Below, piece after piece: positions 17,927-25,966 of a DNA stretch of 64,000 nucleotides. The translations under genes and the position numbers were made by a program. Source of the DNA: Acinetobacter phage Ab15. Where the stretch lies: sequence record PP763259.1; one strand, given 5' to 3'. The first letter of the stretch is position 1. Every line of letters begins with the position of its first letter. The notes below the pieces were generated by a model. It was not told where the DNA came from and made no database searches. It was given only the letters and a program-made list of their open reading frames with translations.

Positions 17927-18234
17927 TCTCCATCCTCCATTAAATTGTAGGCAGAAATTAGGCTGGTTATCAACTGATCTAACTCACTCTTCGATAAAAT
18001 TCCAACTTTTTGACATGAAACTTCATCAAGCATATTTCTTCTTGTATCATAGAAGTCAATACTATTATCTTCTTGCACACTGATTAAATCTTGCTCACAC
18101 AGGAAGTTTGGTTTGAAGTCATCACTTATAACAATTCTCAAACCATTAGCACCACCATCAACATCAAGAAAAGTGTAGACAAACACCCCTTTCTCTTGAC
18201 CAATACCTCTTTTATCATTGGTAGTTATTTTCAT
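17914..18234 (-). CDS. hypothetical protein
   Basis: 106 aa. Confidence 0.5.
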   Translation of the reverse strand: MKITTNDKRGIGQEKGVFVYTFLDVDGGANGLRIVISDDFKPNFLCEQDLISVQEDNSIDFYDTRRNMLDEVSCQKVGILSKSELDQLITSLISAYNLMEDGECLT

Positions 18235-18533
18235 AGCGATCTCTGACTCCCTAAATAACTTTCTAAAATAACATCATATAAATCATCTTGGTTATTTATG
18301 TAGTAGCTATTGTAAGGGCTTAGCACCAAGATTTCAGATGGTCTATACGCCCTACCTTCTTCAGTGACTATTGTGGATTTTTCACTGTTGTAATACTCAC
18401 TATTAAGTTTCAGATTACCAACCAAAACCCTACCACAATCTCTGGGTATAAACTGGACTAGATCACCATCTCGGTATGAACTCACCCATTTTCCATAAAT
18501 GATCATTCTCCATCCTCCATAGAAACCAACCAA
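18231..18533 (-). CDS. hypothetical protein
   Basis: 100 aa. Confidence 0.5.
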   Translation of the reverse strand: MVGFYGGWRMIIYGKWVSSYRDGDLVQFIPRDCGRVLVGNLKLNSEYYNSEKSTIVTEEGRAYRPSEILVLSPYNSYYINNQDDLYDVILESYLGSQRSL

Positions 18534-18754
18534 GATATATGAGTTTTCCCAGTAAGTACAAATGCTGTATAACCAGACTTTCTTAACTCCTCCAAGGTTC
18601 TTTTTGTAACTTTTTTGTCAAGCGATATACTAAACGCACCTGAACTTGATGCACTCTTAATCTTTTTATAGCACTCTTCAAGATCTGCTTCTGTGTTACC
18701 CTCATCAAAACTATCAGCCATCTTTCTAGCTTCTTTTGCAGTTATCTTTTCCAT
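18503..18754 (-). CDS. hypothetical protein, paralog of 18941..19183
   Basis: The likely start is the ATG at 18754 (MEKITAKEARKM), behind aggagg. The track ORF begins at a GTG 2 codons earlier. It shares the ...IT.(A/Q)EA...D...E..E.DL.EC.K.I pattern with ORF 18941..19183. Confidence 0.5.
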   Translation of the reverse strand: MEKITAKEARKMADSFDEGNTEADLEECYKKIKSASSSGAFSISLDKKVTKRTLEELRKSGYTAFVLTGKTHISWLVSMEDGE

Positions 18755-18763
18755 TTTCACCTC

Positions 18764-18931
18764 CTAAAAATTTGAATAGTTACATTTTTTGCAAATCCTA
18801 TGGTGATCATGACCTTTACCATACTGTCCACACTTCTCTAGTGTAGATAGGCATTTAGGACATTTCCTCTTTGGATTTGAGAAGTTTTTATTAGAGTTTT
18901 GCTTTGCACCTCTTCCATCACGATTGCTCAT
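18764..18931 (-). CDS. zinc-ribbon mini-protein (55 aa; CPKC...C..C..HDHH..CKKC)
   Basis: MSNRDGRGAKQNSNKNFSNPKRKCPKCLSTLEKCGQYGKGHDHHRICKKCNYSNF. It fills the 18760-18941 gap and ends just before the SD of the next gene. Confidence 0.35.
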   Translation of the reverse strand: MSNRDGRGAKQNSNKNFSNPKRKCPKCLSTLEKCGQYGKGHDHHRICKKCNYSNF

Positions 18932-18940
18932 ATTGACCTC

Positions 18941-19183
18941 TCAATCTCTTAAATACCACATGATATTTGTTTGTGGCCCAAGTCGTGAAACCTCGTAGCC
19001 CACCTTCCTCAATTGGAATGCTGCACTCATCGAAATTCTATGACTTATGATAGCCATACATTTCCCTTCTACACAAGCTTCACGTATTGCTTTGTCACAT
19101 TCAATGAGATCTTCTTCGGTGTGGTCCTCAAGGTTTTTATCAGTGATTGCCTTGGCCTCTTGAGCCGTAATTAAACCTTCCAT
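18941..19183 (-). CDS. hypothetical protein, paralog of 18503..18754
   Basis: 80 aa (MEGLITAQEAKAITDKNLEDHTEEDLIECDKAIREA...). Confidence 0.5.
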   Translation of the reverse strand: MEGLITAQEAKAITDKNLEDHTEEDLIECDKAIREACVEGKCMAIISHRISMSAAFQLRKVGYEVSRLGPQTNIMWYLRD

Positions 19184-19207
19184 TTCTACCTCCTAAAAAT
19201 TTTGTTT

Positions 19208-19236
19208 ATTTTAGCACTAAAAATCACCAAATACAA
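19208..19236 (-). promoter_or_regulatory. candidate sigma70-like promoter for the minus-strand early block
   Basis: The minus strand reads TTGTATttggtgatttttagtgcTAAAAT, a -35 and -10 with a 17-nt spacer. Confidence 0.35.
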
Positions 19237-19543
19237 GCACTATAAAAATCACCTTTGGAAACCGCACTTCCAGAAATTAAAAAACATCAAAAAATTTAAC
19301 TTAAAAAACAATAACTTGTAGCACTAAAATTTATCGTCCCTTGAGAAAAGAAACATCGAAAAGGAGACCTTAAAAAGAAAATAAAAGAGCACATAAAAAC
19401 TTACCTAAAAGGATAACCTTAAGGTTAAATTTGGTGGGTGGGTAATTTTTAAAACAAACAACCCAAACAAAGGAAAAACCTAAAGGTTAAAACTTAAGAA
19501 GATCCCTAAAGGATAACCTAGAGGTACAACTTAAAGAAACAAC

Positions 19544-19571
19544 TTGACAAAGAGATAAACTGTGCTATTGT
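19544..19571 (+). promoter_or_regulatory. candidate promoter TTGACA-16nt-TGcTATTGT
   Basis: The sequence is aacTTGACAaagagataaactgTGcTATTGTaatt, with three ggataacc motifs within 140 nt. Confidence 0.4.
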
Positions 19572-19654
19572 AATTAGTATAGGATAACCATAATAAGTAA
19601 ACATATTGATCACTAGGATGTGATTGTCCCAATAACTTACAAGGAAGGTTTCAT

Positions 19655-19954
19655 ATGCGTAAAAGCAAAAAGAAATCTGGTAAAATTTCCTTCAGTATTG
19701 TTCCTAAAGAAGCTGTCCAAGCCAAACCTTTAAAAATAACATGTTCAGAGTGCTCCAGTCATAATGTAATTATTGATACTGGTGTGTGCTCTTTACCTAA
19801 AGGAAATAATCCAGAAAAACAAGTAATCCACCAGACCATTTGTCTCGATTGCAGTCATGTTGGTGGGGTTTGTCTAACCAGTGAACAAGTAGAACAACTC
19901 ATTAGAGATGAGGAAGAGCTAACTGAAGTGATGATTGTTGCTGGAAAACTTTAA
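19655..19954 (+). CDS. small zinc-finger protein (CxxC...CxxC)
   Basis: 99 aa with ITCSECSSHN...ICLDCSHVGG. The SD aaggaagg lies upstream. Confidence 0.55.
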   Translation: MRKSKKKSGKISFSIVPKEAVQAKPLKITCSECSSHNVIIDTGVCSLPKGNNPEKQVIHQTICLDCSHVGGVCLTSEQVEQLIRDEEELTEVMIVAGKL

Positions 19955-19964
19955 CAGAATATAG

Positions 19965-20615
19965 GTGAATGGCATGTTAGTCTTTAAAACACTTGTCTTG
20001 GATTTCCTGACAGGTTTAGTTGGTTTTTTACTTAAAAACTGGAAGTTAGCCTTAATTGGTTTCTTGATTTTATTCTCAGTGCTTTATACCAATCACCTTA
20101 AAGGTGAGTTAAAATCTGCTAAAACTGATTTGGATACTCAAAAGGCATATCATAGTGCATACGTACAGGCATATGAAAAGGAATTCCAGAAAAGATATGC
20201 TGATGTAGTCCACACAAACAAAAGATTAGTAAAAGATTTGGAGGAAGTCAATGGACAAATTGAAAGCAAAAATCAAGAAGTTGAAGCTACTTATACCTAT
20301 AACCGTGCTCTTCTTGATGAGCTTACTCGTAGGTTGTCAAAGCAGCAAAGTTCAGGAACCAAAGGTGGGATCAGTACCAATTCCAGTGTACCAACTACCA
20401 AAACTCCAGAATCAGAATCCACAAGCAGATCATTCATCGAATGTGCAGAAGAGCTTACAGAAGTGGCTAGACAAGCCGACTCCTTAGCAATTGATCTTCA
20501 AGCGGTTATCCAAAGTCATAACAATTATTTAGCAGAAATAGATATTTTAAACTTAAATATTTTAAACTCAAGTAACTTAAATGGAAATTCCAAGGAATTA
20601 GATAAGAGGGATTAA
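19965..20615 (+). CDS. i-spanin (Rz-like): N-terminal TM plus periplasmic coiled coil
   Basis: 216 aa. The N-terminal TM is LVGFLLKNWKLALIGFLILFSVLY, followed by a long helical, charged region. It contains the embedded o-spanin gene in the +1 frame. Confidence 0.55.
   Translation: MNGMLVFKTLVLDFLTGLVGFLLKNWKLALIGFLILFSVLYTNHLKGELKSAKTDLDTQKAYHSAYVQAYEKEFQKRYADVVHTNKRLVKDLEEVNGQIESKNQEVEATYTYNRALLDELTRRLSKQQSSGTKGGISTNSSVPTTKTPESESTSRSFIECAEELTEVARQADSLAIDLQAVIQSHNNYLAEIDILNLNILNSSNLNGNSKELDKRD
20251..20487 (+). CDS. o-spanin (Rz1-like lipoprotein) embedded in the +1 frame of the i-spanin gene
   Basis: 78 aa. The signal peptide carries the lipobox LLVGC. The mature part is Pro-rich (PKVGSVPIPVYQLPKLQNQNPQ). 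It lies wholly inside 19965..20615 in another frame. Confidence 0.55.
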   Translation: MDKLKAKIKKLKLLIPITVLFLMSLLVGCQSSKVQEPKVGSVPIPVYQLPKLQNQNPQADHSSNVQKSLQKWLDKPTP

Positions 20616-20618
20616 GTA

Positions 20619-23342
20619 ATGGCTGATGTATTAGTCACAGGTATTAAAATTGGGGATATGCCCCTTAAAGGAACTGTTTCAGGAAATGAAAAGTTACCTA
20701 CTGGAGATGTAGGAGATTTAGCTGTTACTCCTAATCAAATTAAAGACTTCACCATTGCAGAGGGAAATCTTGTAAGTCAAGAACAGTTGGATGATGCTGT
20801 AGAATCCTTAGAGCAGACCTCTTCTGGGATTGCTGGTAGAGTACAGACGCTTGAAGATAGAACTTCCAATGTCAACAATACGGCTGACTTGGATAAACCT
20901 GTCAGCAACGCCACACAAGCTGCTTTAAATGAGAAAGCTGATAAGGTAGATGTAGACGCAAAATTAGATCTTAAAGCTGATAAGGTAGATGTAGACGCAA
21001 AATTAGATCTTAAAGCTGACAAAGATAAAGTAGTTTCTTCTTTTAATGGTCAGGTTGGGGAAGTTATATTAAATCAATCTGATTTAGTTGAACTAGGCGA
21101 AGATTTCAGTACAACACCGATATTCCAAGATGTTCCTAAACTGACAAATCCAGATGGTAGTTCTATACCAGAATTTGACTCACAGATTCAACCATTAGTA
21201 AATAGTTTAGCAGTCCATAGACAGGGATTAACCCCGACATTTGATCAAGCTTATGCTGCATCTATTGGTGGTTATCCTTTAAATGCTCGCTTGATGCTCG
21301 CTAATGGCGATATTGTTCAATCAACAGTTGCTAATAATGTTAATAATCCAAACGTTAATATGGCTGGATGGATTGTCTCATCTAGCACTGTGGTTAATTC
21401 TGTTGCTGACCTGCTTAATATAAACAACCCTAGAAACTTTCAAAGTGTGACAGTTCTTTCAAGAAACACTGGAACTGGAAAGGGTGGTGGCATATTCGTA
21501 TTCCATGCAGGAAGTACAAAAGATGATGGCGGTATGTTTTTTGCAACTGCTACGGGTTCTTGGCATCGCGTGACAATGGAAATTTGGCATAATATCGAGT
21601 GGTGGGGTGCTGTAGGTGATGGTGTGACAGATGATACAGCAGCAATTAAAAGTGCTGTTCTTGCACACAAGTATGATGAATTATCCAATAAGATGCCTAG
21701 AGGGTCTTTTTGTACAATCTTCTTCCCTGCTAGTGAAGGCGCGTACATAGTAAGTGATACAATATATTTAATGCCGTTTATTCGCTTGAAGGGTGATAGT
21801 GCATTTGGCGGATCAACAACACATAACCATAAAAAGTATGCGTCAATTATTGGTGCAAACTTCCCGAATTCTATTAATTACGCTTGGGTAATTAGCACAG
21901 AAAACTATAAGACCAACGGTGATGCATTGGACTGGAATAGTTACTACACAGGAGTAGATGTTGATAGTGGTAATGTTACACCATGCTTTGGTGCGTGTGT
22001 TGAAGATTTGTGGATAGATAACATTAATAGATCCAACAGGATTTACGGTGGTGTGCGTTTTATTGCTGCGCCCGAATCAACAATTAATAATTGTTGGGTG
22101 ACTGGTTTTGATGTGTCAGTTATGTTTACAGGTTCTTGGAATATCCGTGCGAATGTAAGTACCCAAGCTGTAAAGTGTGGCGTCGCACTATGGGGGGACA
22201 TCAATGGCTGCATTCTTAATGGTTATCAGCACAAAATCACAGATGTATCACCATTGCCTGATCAGGTGGCTATATTTGAGATACCAATCTCAACTTCGTG
22301 TGGTGTATATGCACAGTATGCACAGTATTCGAGCGCTAACTTAATATCAGAGTACTTTGGTTACGGTGTATATAATCAATCAGAAGTTAAGGCTAGTATC
22401 CAAAATTTATATACTGAAGCTAACAACATTGGCATCCATGTTGGCACTCTGTGTAGCGCTCAGATTGATGGTATAAGCGGTGTGAGTAACAACTATTCAG
22501 CTTCAACAGCGTCAGGTGCAACACTCATTGTTAAAGCTGTAGAACCAAATAATTACCTTGAATCTTTTTTCAGTGATCTCAACTCAAGAACACGCTATGT
22601 AGAATTACCATCAACAGTTGGAAAATTCGATACCACGAATCCTGCGGTAAATGTTCTAGGGTATTTGGAAAAAAACATTGTTTATGTTGATAGCACAATA
22701 GGTAGTGATGATAATCATGGTTTAACTATTGATTTTCCTGTGCAAACCTTAAATCGTGCAATGACGATAGCAAGTACAATGCCTGCCCCTAATCATCATA
22801 AAACCGCTTTTGTAAACAAAGCTAGAAAATCAGCCACTATTCATTTTTTAGATAGCGGAATATATAGACCTAGAACGCATCAAGATGTACAAAATATGGA
22901 TATTATATTTACAAGTACATATGGGCTAACGCCTAAGATTGTCACAGGTGGTCAATGTTTTAAGTTAATTGATAGTACAGTTTTAGTCCAGAGTAGTGTG
23001 CTATTGCAACGAGAATACGAAGATAACTATCAGCCATCGCAAGGTATGTTTATTTGTGTTGGTGTTTGTAGTGTTTCAACGCGCGGAAATATGCAACTAG
23101 AGTACCCACTGGTCAGTGTTGACCCATCCGTAGTTGCAGATGTCAATATTGATATTCTTGGAGGCACAGGGGCAATGACAGGAACGGCTAGGTACTTCCA
23201 GACAACGAGTAATAATGTGGCTGCAAGGGTATTTGTTAGGCTGAACAATACCGGGGCAGATATTAATAGTCGCTCAGATAAAGGTGTTGAGGTTCCAGCT
23301 CAAACATACGTGGTTAAAAACATTAGCCATGTATTATCCTAA
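20619..23342 (+). CDS. tailspike / tail fiber with probable depolymerase (beta-helix-like) domain
   Basis: 907 aa. The N-terminal anchor MADVLVTGIKIGDMPL is shared with ORF 54466. It has coiled-coil ADKVDVDAKLDLK repeats and a long Gly/Asn/Thr/Ser-rich C-terminal region. A terminator follows. Confidence 0.65.
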   Translation: MADVLVTGIKIGDMPLKGTVSGNEKLPTGDVGDLAVTPNQIKDFTIAEGNLVSQEQLDDAVESLEQTSSGIAGRVQTLEDRTSNVNNTADLDKPVSNATQAALNEKADKVDVDAKLDLKADKVDVDAKLDLKADKDKVVSSFNGQVGEVILNQSDLVELGEDFSTTPIFQDVPKLTNPDGSSIPEFDSQIQPLVNSLAVHRQGLTPTFDQAYAASIGGYPLNARLMLANGDIVQSTVANNVNNPNVNMAGWIVSSSTVVNSVADLLNINNPRNFQSVTVLSRNTGTGKGGGIFVFHAGSTKDDGGMFFATATGSWHRVTMEIWHNIEWWGAVGDGVTDDTAAIKSAVLAHKYDELSNKMPRGSFCTIFFPASEGAYIVSDTIYLMPFIRLKGDSAFGGSTTHNHKKYASIIGANFPNSINYAWVISTENYKTNGDALDWNSYYTGVDVDSGNVTPCFGACVEDLWIDNINRSNRIYGGVRFIAAPESTINNCWVTGFDVSVMFTGSWNIRANVSTQAVKCGVALWGDINGCILNGYQHKITDVSPLPDQVAIFEIPISTSCGVYAQYAQYSSANLISEYFGYGVYNQSEVKASIQNLYTEANNIGIHVGTLCSAQIDGISGVSNNYSASTASGATLIVKAVEPNNYLESFFSDLNSRTRYVELPSTVGKFDTTNPAVNVLGYLEKNIVYVDSTIGSDDNHGLTIDFPVQTLNRAMTIASTMPAPNHHKTAFVNKARKSATIHFLDSGIYRPRTHQDVQNMDIIFTSTYGLTPKIVTGGQCFKLIDSTVLVQSSVLLQREYEDNYQPSQGMFICVGVCSVSTRGNMQLEYPLVSVDPSVVADVNIDILGGTGAMTGTARYFQTTSNNVAARVFVRLNNTGADINSRSDKGVEVPAQTYVVKNISHVLS

Positions 23343-23376
23343 ATAAAGCCCTTCGGGGGTTTTTTGCTATTATAAG
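23343..23376 (+). terminator. rho-independent terminator
   Basis: The sequence is aaagcccttcgggggttttttgc. Confidence 0.55.
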
Positions 23377-23402
23377 TAAAACTTATATATGATGAATCTG
23401 TA

Positions 23403-23642
23403 GTGGATTTTGTTGATATGATTCTGGAGTGGCTAAAAGCACATGTAGGCGTCATATTTATGGGTGTAGCTGGTGCAACAGTTACCGACCTAGTGCCTTC
23501 TGGAAAGCCATTGGCTGAACGTGTTATTAGCTGGGTGGTTGGTGTAATCCTGTGTGCAGCACTTTCAACACCAATGGTTTTGTACCACTCCTCTAGACAA
23601 TTTGACAAACTAACTTTCTGTGATAAAATGAATAGTTTTTGA
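23403..23642 (+). CDS. holin-like small membrane protein (2 TM)
   Basis: 79 aa. The two TMs are GVIFMGVAGATVTDLV and VISWVVGVILCAALSTPMVLY. It sits immediately upstream of a cell-wall hydrolase and overlaps its start. Confidence 0.45.
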   Translation: MDFVDMILEWLKAHVGVIFMGVAGATVTDLVPSGKPLAERVISWVVGVILCAALSTPMVLYHSSRQFDKLTFCDKMNSF

Positions 23643-24043
23643 TCAAGGAGTTAGTTTTGTCTAGTTTAATGTGTATGGCGTTGGTTATCTTTTCAGAAGC
23701 TCGTGGTGAGCCACTTAAAGGTAAACAAGCTGTTGCAGAAGTAGTAGCAACACGATCTATTGAATGGAACAAAGATGTATGTGGTGTCATTTACCAAAAG
23801 GGTCAATTTACAGGAATTAGAAATGTAAAGCCACCTAAAGAGGGGACACCAGCACGAAAAGAATGGGAAGACTGTCATGCAATTGCTAAAAAGTATGTTC
23901 ATGATGAGAAATCCGTTACGAAATACAATGTAAAAAGACCTACAAACTTTACCAATAGGGCACTCTATTTCAATCGAGGTAGTAGTTGCTCTAATGGTAG
24001 TTATAAGATAACCAAAATAGGAAATCATGTTTTTTGTAGGTGA
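23639..24043 (+). CDS. cell-wall hydrolase, SleB/Hydrolase_2-like, with N-terminal signal or SAR segment
   Basis: 134 aa. It has the diagnostic SEARGEP motif. The hydrophobic N-terminus is LSSLMCMALVIFS. The start is probably a TTG or one of the internal ATGs at 23666/23672. Confidence 0.55.
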   Translation: MIKELVLSSLMCMALVIFSEARGEPLKGKQAVAEVVATRSIEWNKDVCGVIYQKGQFTGIRNVKPPKEGTPARKEWEDCHAIAKKYVHDEKSVTKYNVKRPTNFTNRALYFNRGSSCSNGSYKITKIGNHVFCR

Positions 24044-24067
24044 TTTTAATATTTAAAGGAGTTAAGT

Positions 24068-24373
24068 ATGTCAATAGAATCAATAAAAATTGATTTGTTC
24101 AAAGGTGAAATTAAAGGGTCTTACTCTTTCACTGTTAAATTCCAAAGTGGTGAGATGTATACACAAACAATGCAGACATTTCCAAGTTTAGCTAAGAATG
24201 TTCTTGATTCTTATAGACATAAGAGAGGAAGCCTTGAGGGAATTTCAGATGAAGATTTTATAGCTTGTATTAGACTTATAGATCAAGGTTTACCTGAAAG
24301 AAATCATGAACAAATAAACTATAATGGAAAAACCCTTTCTCTCTGCATTCAAAATATCGACAGTGGAGGTTAA
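24068..24373 (+). CDS. hypothetical protein
   Basis: 101 aa with the SD aaggag. Confidence 0.55.
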   Translation: MSIESIKIDLFKGEIKGSYSFTVKFQSGEMYTQTMQTFPSLAKNVLDSYRHKRGSLEGISDEDFIACIRLIDQGLPERNHEQINYNGKTLSLCIQNIDSGG

Positions 24374-24375
24374 GT

Positions 24376-24891
24376 ATGTCACAGGAAAGTGAAGACTTAG
24401 AAGTTTCTTCTCAAGATACTCCAATTGGCTCTGAGTTAATGACTAATGCTCAGAAAAAACTCAAAGAAGCCCAAAAGAAAAGAGTATCTTTAGAAAAAAT
24501 TATTGCTTTAACAGATGATGCTATGATTGACTCGATTCAGTACATGCACGAAACAGTAAAAAATCCTAAAGTAAGTCCAAATGCTCGTGTTGTTTGTGCG
24601 AATAACTTGGTTGCAATCAACCTTAAAGCTAAAAAACAACTTACAGAAGAGAAAATGGCTGAACAAATGTACAGACATAAGGAACTTGTTATCCGTGCTG
24701 AAGCTATGAAGATTGCTCAATTGGCTGGTATGGGTCAAGAAGGGGGAGGATATGCTTCAGAAAGAACTGGAACTTTACAGTTAGAGTACGTAGAGAATCC
24801 AGAATATGCTGATGTTCCTACCGACCCAACATTAGCTGATGGATACGTTCCTGAATCTGGTGAAGGTCTAGGTGAGTATGAGATAAATTAA
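24376..24891 (+). CDS. hypothetical acidic protein
   Basis: 171 aa. Confidence 0.55.
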   Translation: MSQESEDLEVSSQDTPIGSELMTNAQKKLKEAQKKRVSLEKIIALTDDAMIDSIQYMHETVKNPKVSPNARVVCANNLVAINLKAKKQLTEEKMAEQMYRHKELVIRAEAMKIAQLAGMGQEGGGYASERTGTLQLEYVENPEYADVPTDPTLADGYVPESGEGLGEYEIN

Positions 24892-24964
24892 TGATTATTT
24901 TTTAATCAATCAACACTTGTTTTCACTGTTTTTTTAAATTATTTTTAAAATTTATTGGTTTTAG

Positions 24965-24998
24965 GTGTTGACATTAATAAAATATCTGGTAATCTTAA
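24965..24998 (+). promoter_or_regulatory. candidate promoter for tRNA cluster (TTGACA -35)
   Basis: The sequence is aggtgTTGACAttaataaaatatctggTAATCTtaat. Confidence 0.3.
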
Positions 24999-25030
24999 TT
25001 ACATAAGCAGATTTGACATGAGATGATTGT

Positions 25031-25075
25031 TTCCTTTTAGATAACCAATGACTTAAATTACCATTGGTTATCTTT
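25031..25075 (+). terminator. 12-bp perfect inverted repeat hairpin plus T-run
   Basis: agataaccaatg...cattggttatct is followed by tttgtag. Confidence 0.45.
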
Positions 25076-25573
25076 TGTAGTAGTGCACGAGTGGTCGAAT
25101 GGGGTGGACTGTAAATTCACTATATCACACGTTGACGATCAATAGCACAGCGCAAAACAGATGCTTCCAAGAGCTTCAATCTGTGGCGGTGCTTCACAAT
25201 ACTTGGTTTTATTGGATGAAGCGAAACCTGTGTTTTAACATATAGGTAAATTGTATATAGCTTGGGGCATGAAACTCCGATTGATGTTTACTTATATTCT
25301 AGGTTATTCAGCTTAGTGACTGCTAGGAAAGACTAGCAACAAATTTACAAATATTCTCGAAAGTCCAAACGCATTAAGCGATATTACGAGATGGTGACGG
25401 GATCAATGAAAGGGCAACCCTAACCCCCTACTTGCAATGCGGTATTAGCGTCAAGTCAAAATGACAAAGTGCAAGATTGTAGACTGACTGCTAGGAAAGA
25501 CTAGCAAATCTAGAGAAGTGAATTATGATGGGGATTCTCGTTAGTTGCTGGCGTTCACTTCATCTAAGTTTAT

Positions 25574-25657
25574 GCGGAGACCTGATTGGTGTATTGAAGC
25601 AAGTGACTAGTTAAACTTGTGAATAGAGAGTGGTTCGATTCCACGTGACTCCGCTCC
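25574..25657 (+). tRNA. tRNA-like element (3' half canonical; anticodon arm not resolvable)
   Basis: The acceptor pairing is gcggaga/actccgc, the T-loop is ttcgatt and the 3' end is tCCA. I could not fold the D/anticodon region canonically. Confidence 0.25.
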
Positions 25658-25676
25658 AAAATTTTACTCGTTATAT

Positions 25677-25751
25677 AGTACCTTAGTTCAGGGGTAGAAC
25701 GCAGAACTGATAATTCTGAGGTCGATGGTTCGAAACCATCAGGTACTACCA
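25677..25751 (+). tRNA. tRNA-Ile (anticodon GAT)
   Basis: The acceptor is agtacct/aggtact, the D-stem is gttc/gaac and the anticodon stem is cagaa/ttctg with loop ctGATaa. The T-arm is gatgg-ttcgaaa-ccatc, with discriminator A and CCA. Confidence 0.7.
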
Positions 25752-25893
25752 AAATTTAATTGAAAGATTTATTTAAGATGTACTCTCTGTTTGTCAAATT
25801 AACATCAAGTGTAATCTTACTCTCACTGGTACGCCACTACCATAAGATTACATCTTAAATAGATTTTATAGCTATTTTAAAAGTTTATTCAGG

Positions 25894-25966
25894 TCTAGTG
25901 TAGCACAACGGTAGTGCAGCAGACTGTTAATCTGTTGGTTGTTGGTTCGAATCCAGCCTCTAGAGC
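25894..25966 (+). tRNA. tRNA-Asn (anticodon GTT)
   Basis: The acceptor is tctagtg/ctctaga (6/7), the D-stem is gcac/gtgc and the anticodon loop is ctGTTaa. The T-arm is gttgg-ttcgaat-ccagc. Confidence 0.55.

Noticed and set aside
20777-21748. Minus-strand ORFs 20777..21022, 21440..21748 and 21459..21668 inside the tailspike gene
   Set aside because: They are antisense shadows of a long, well-supported + strand gene. The first is generated by the 39-nt repeat.
25570-25752. Track ORF 25570..25752 (-) and the other ORFs 26914..27311 (-), 28188..28385 (+), 28658..28957 (+) and 29571..29861 (-) within the tRNA cluster
   Set aside because: They overlap well-folded tRNA genes on the opposite strand or the same one, and have no RBS. 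They are artefacts of the stop-poor tRNA sequence.
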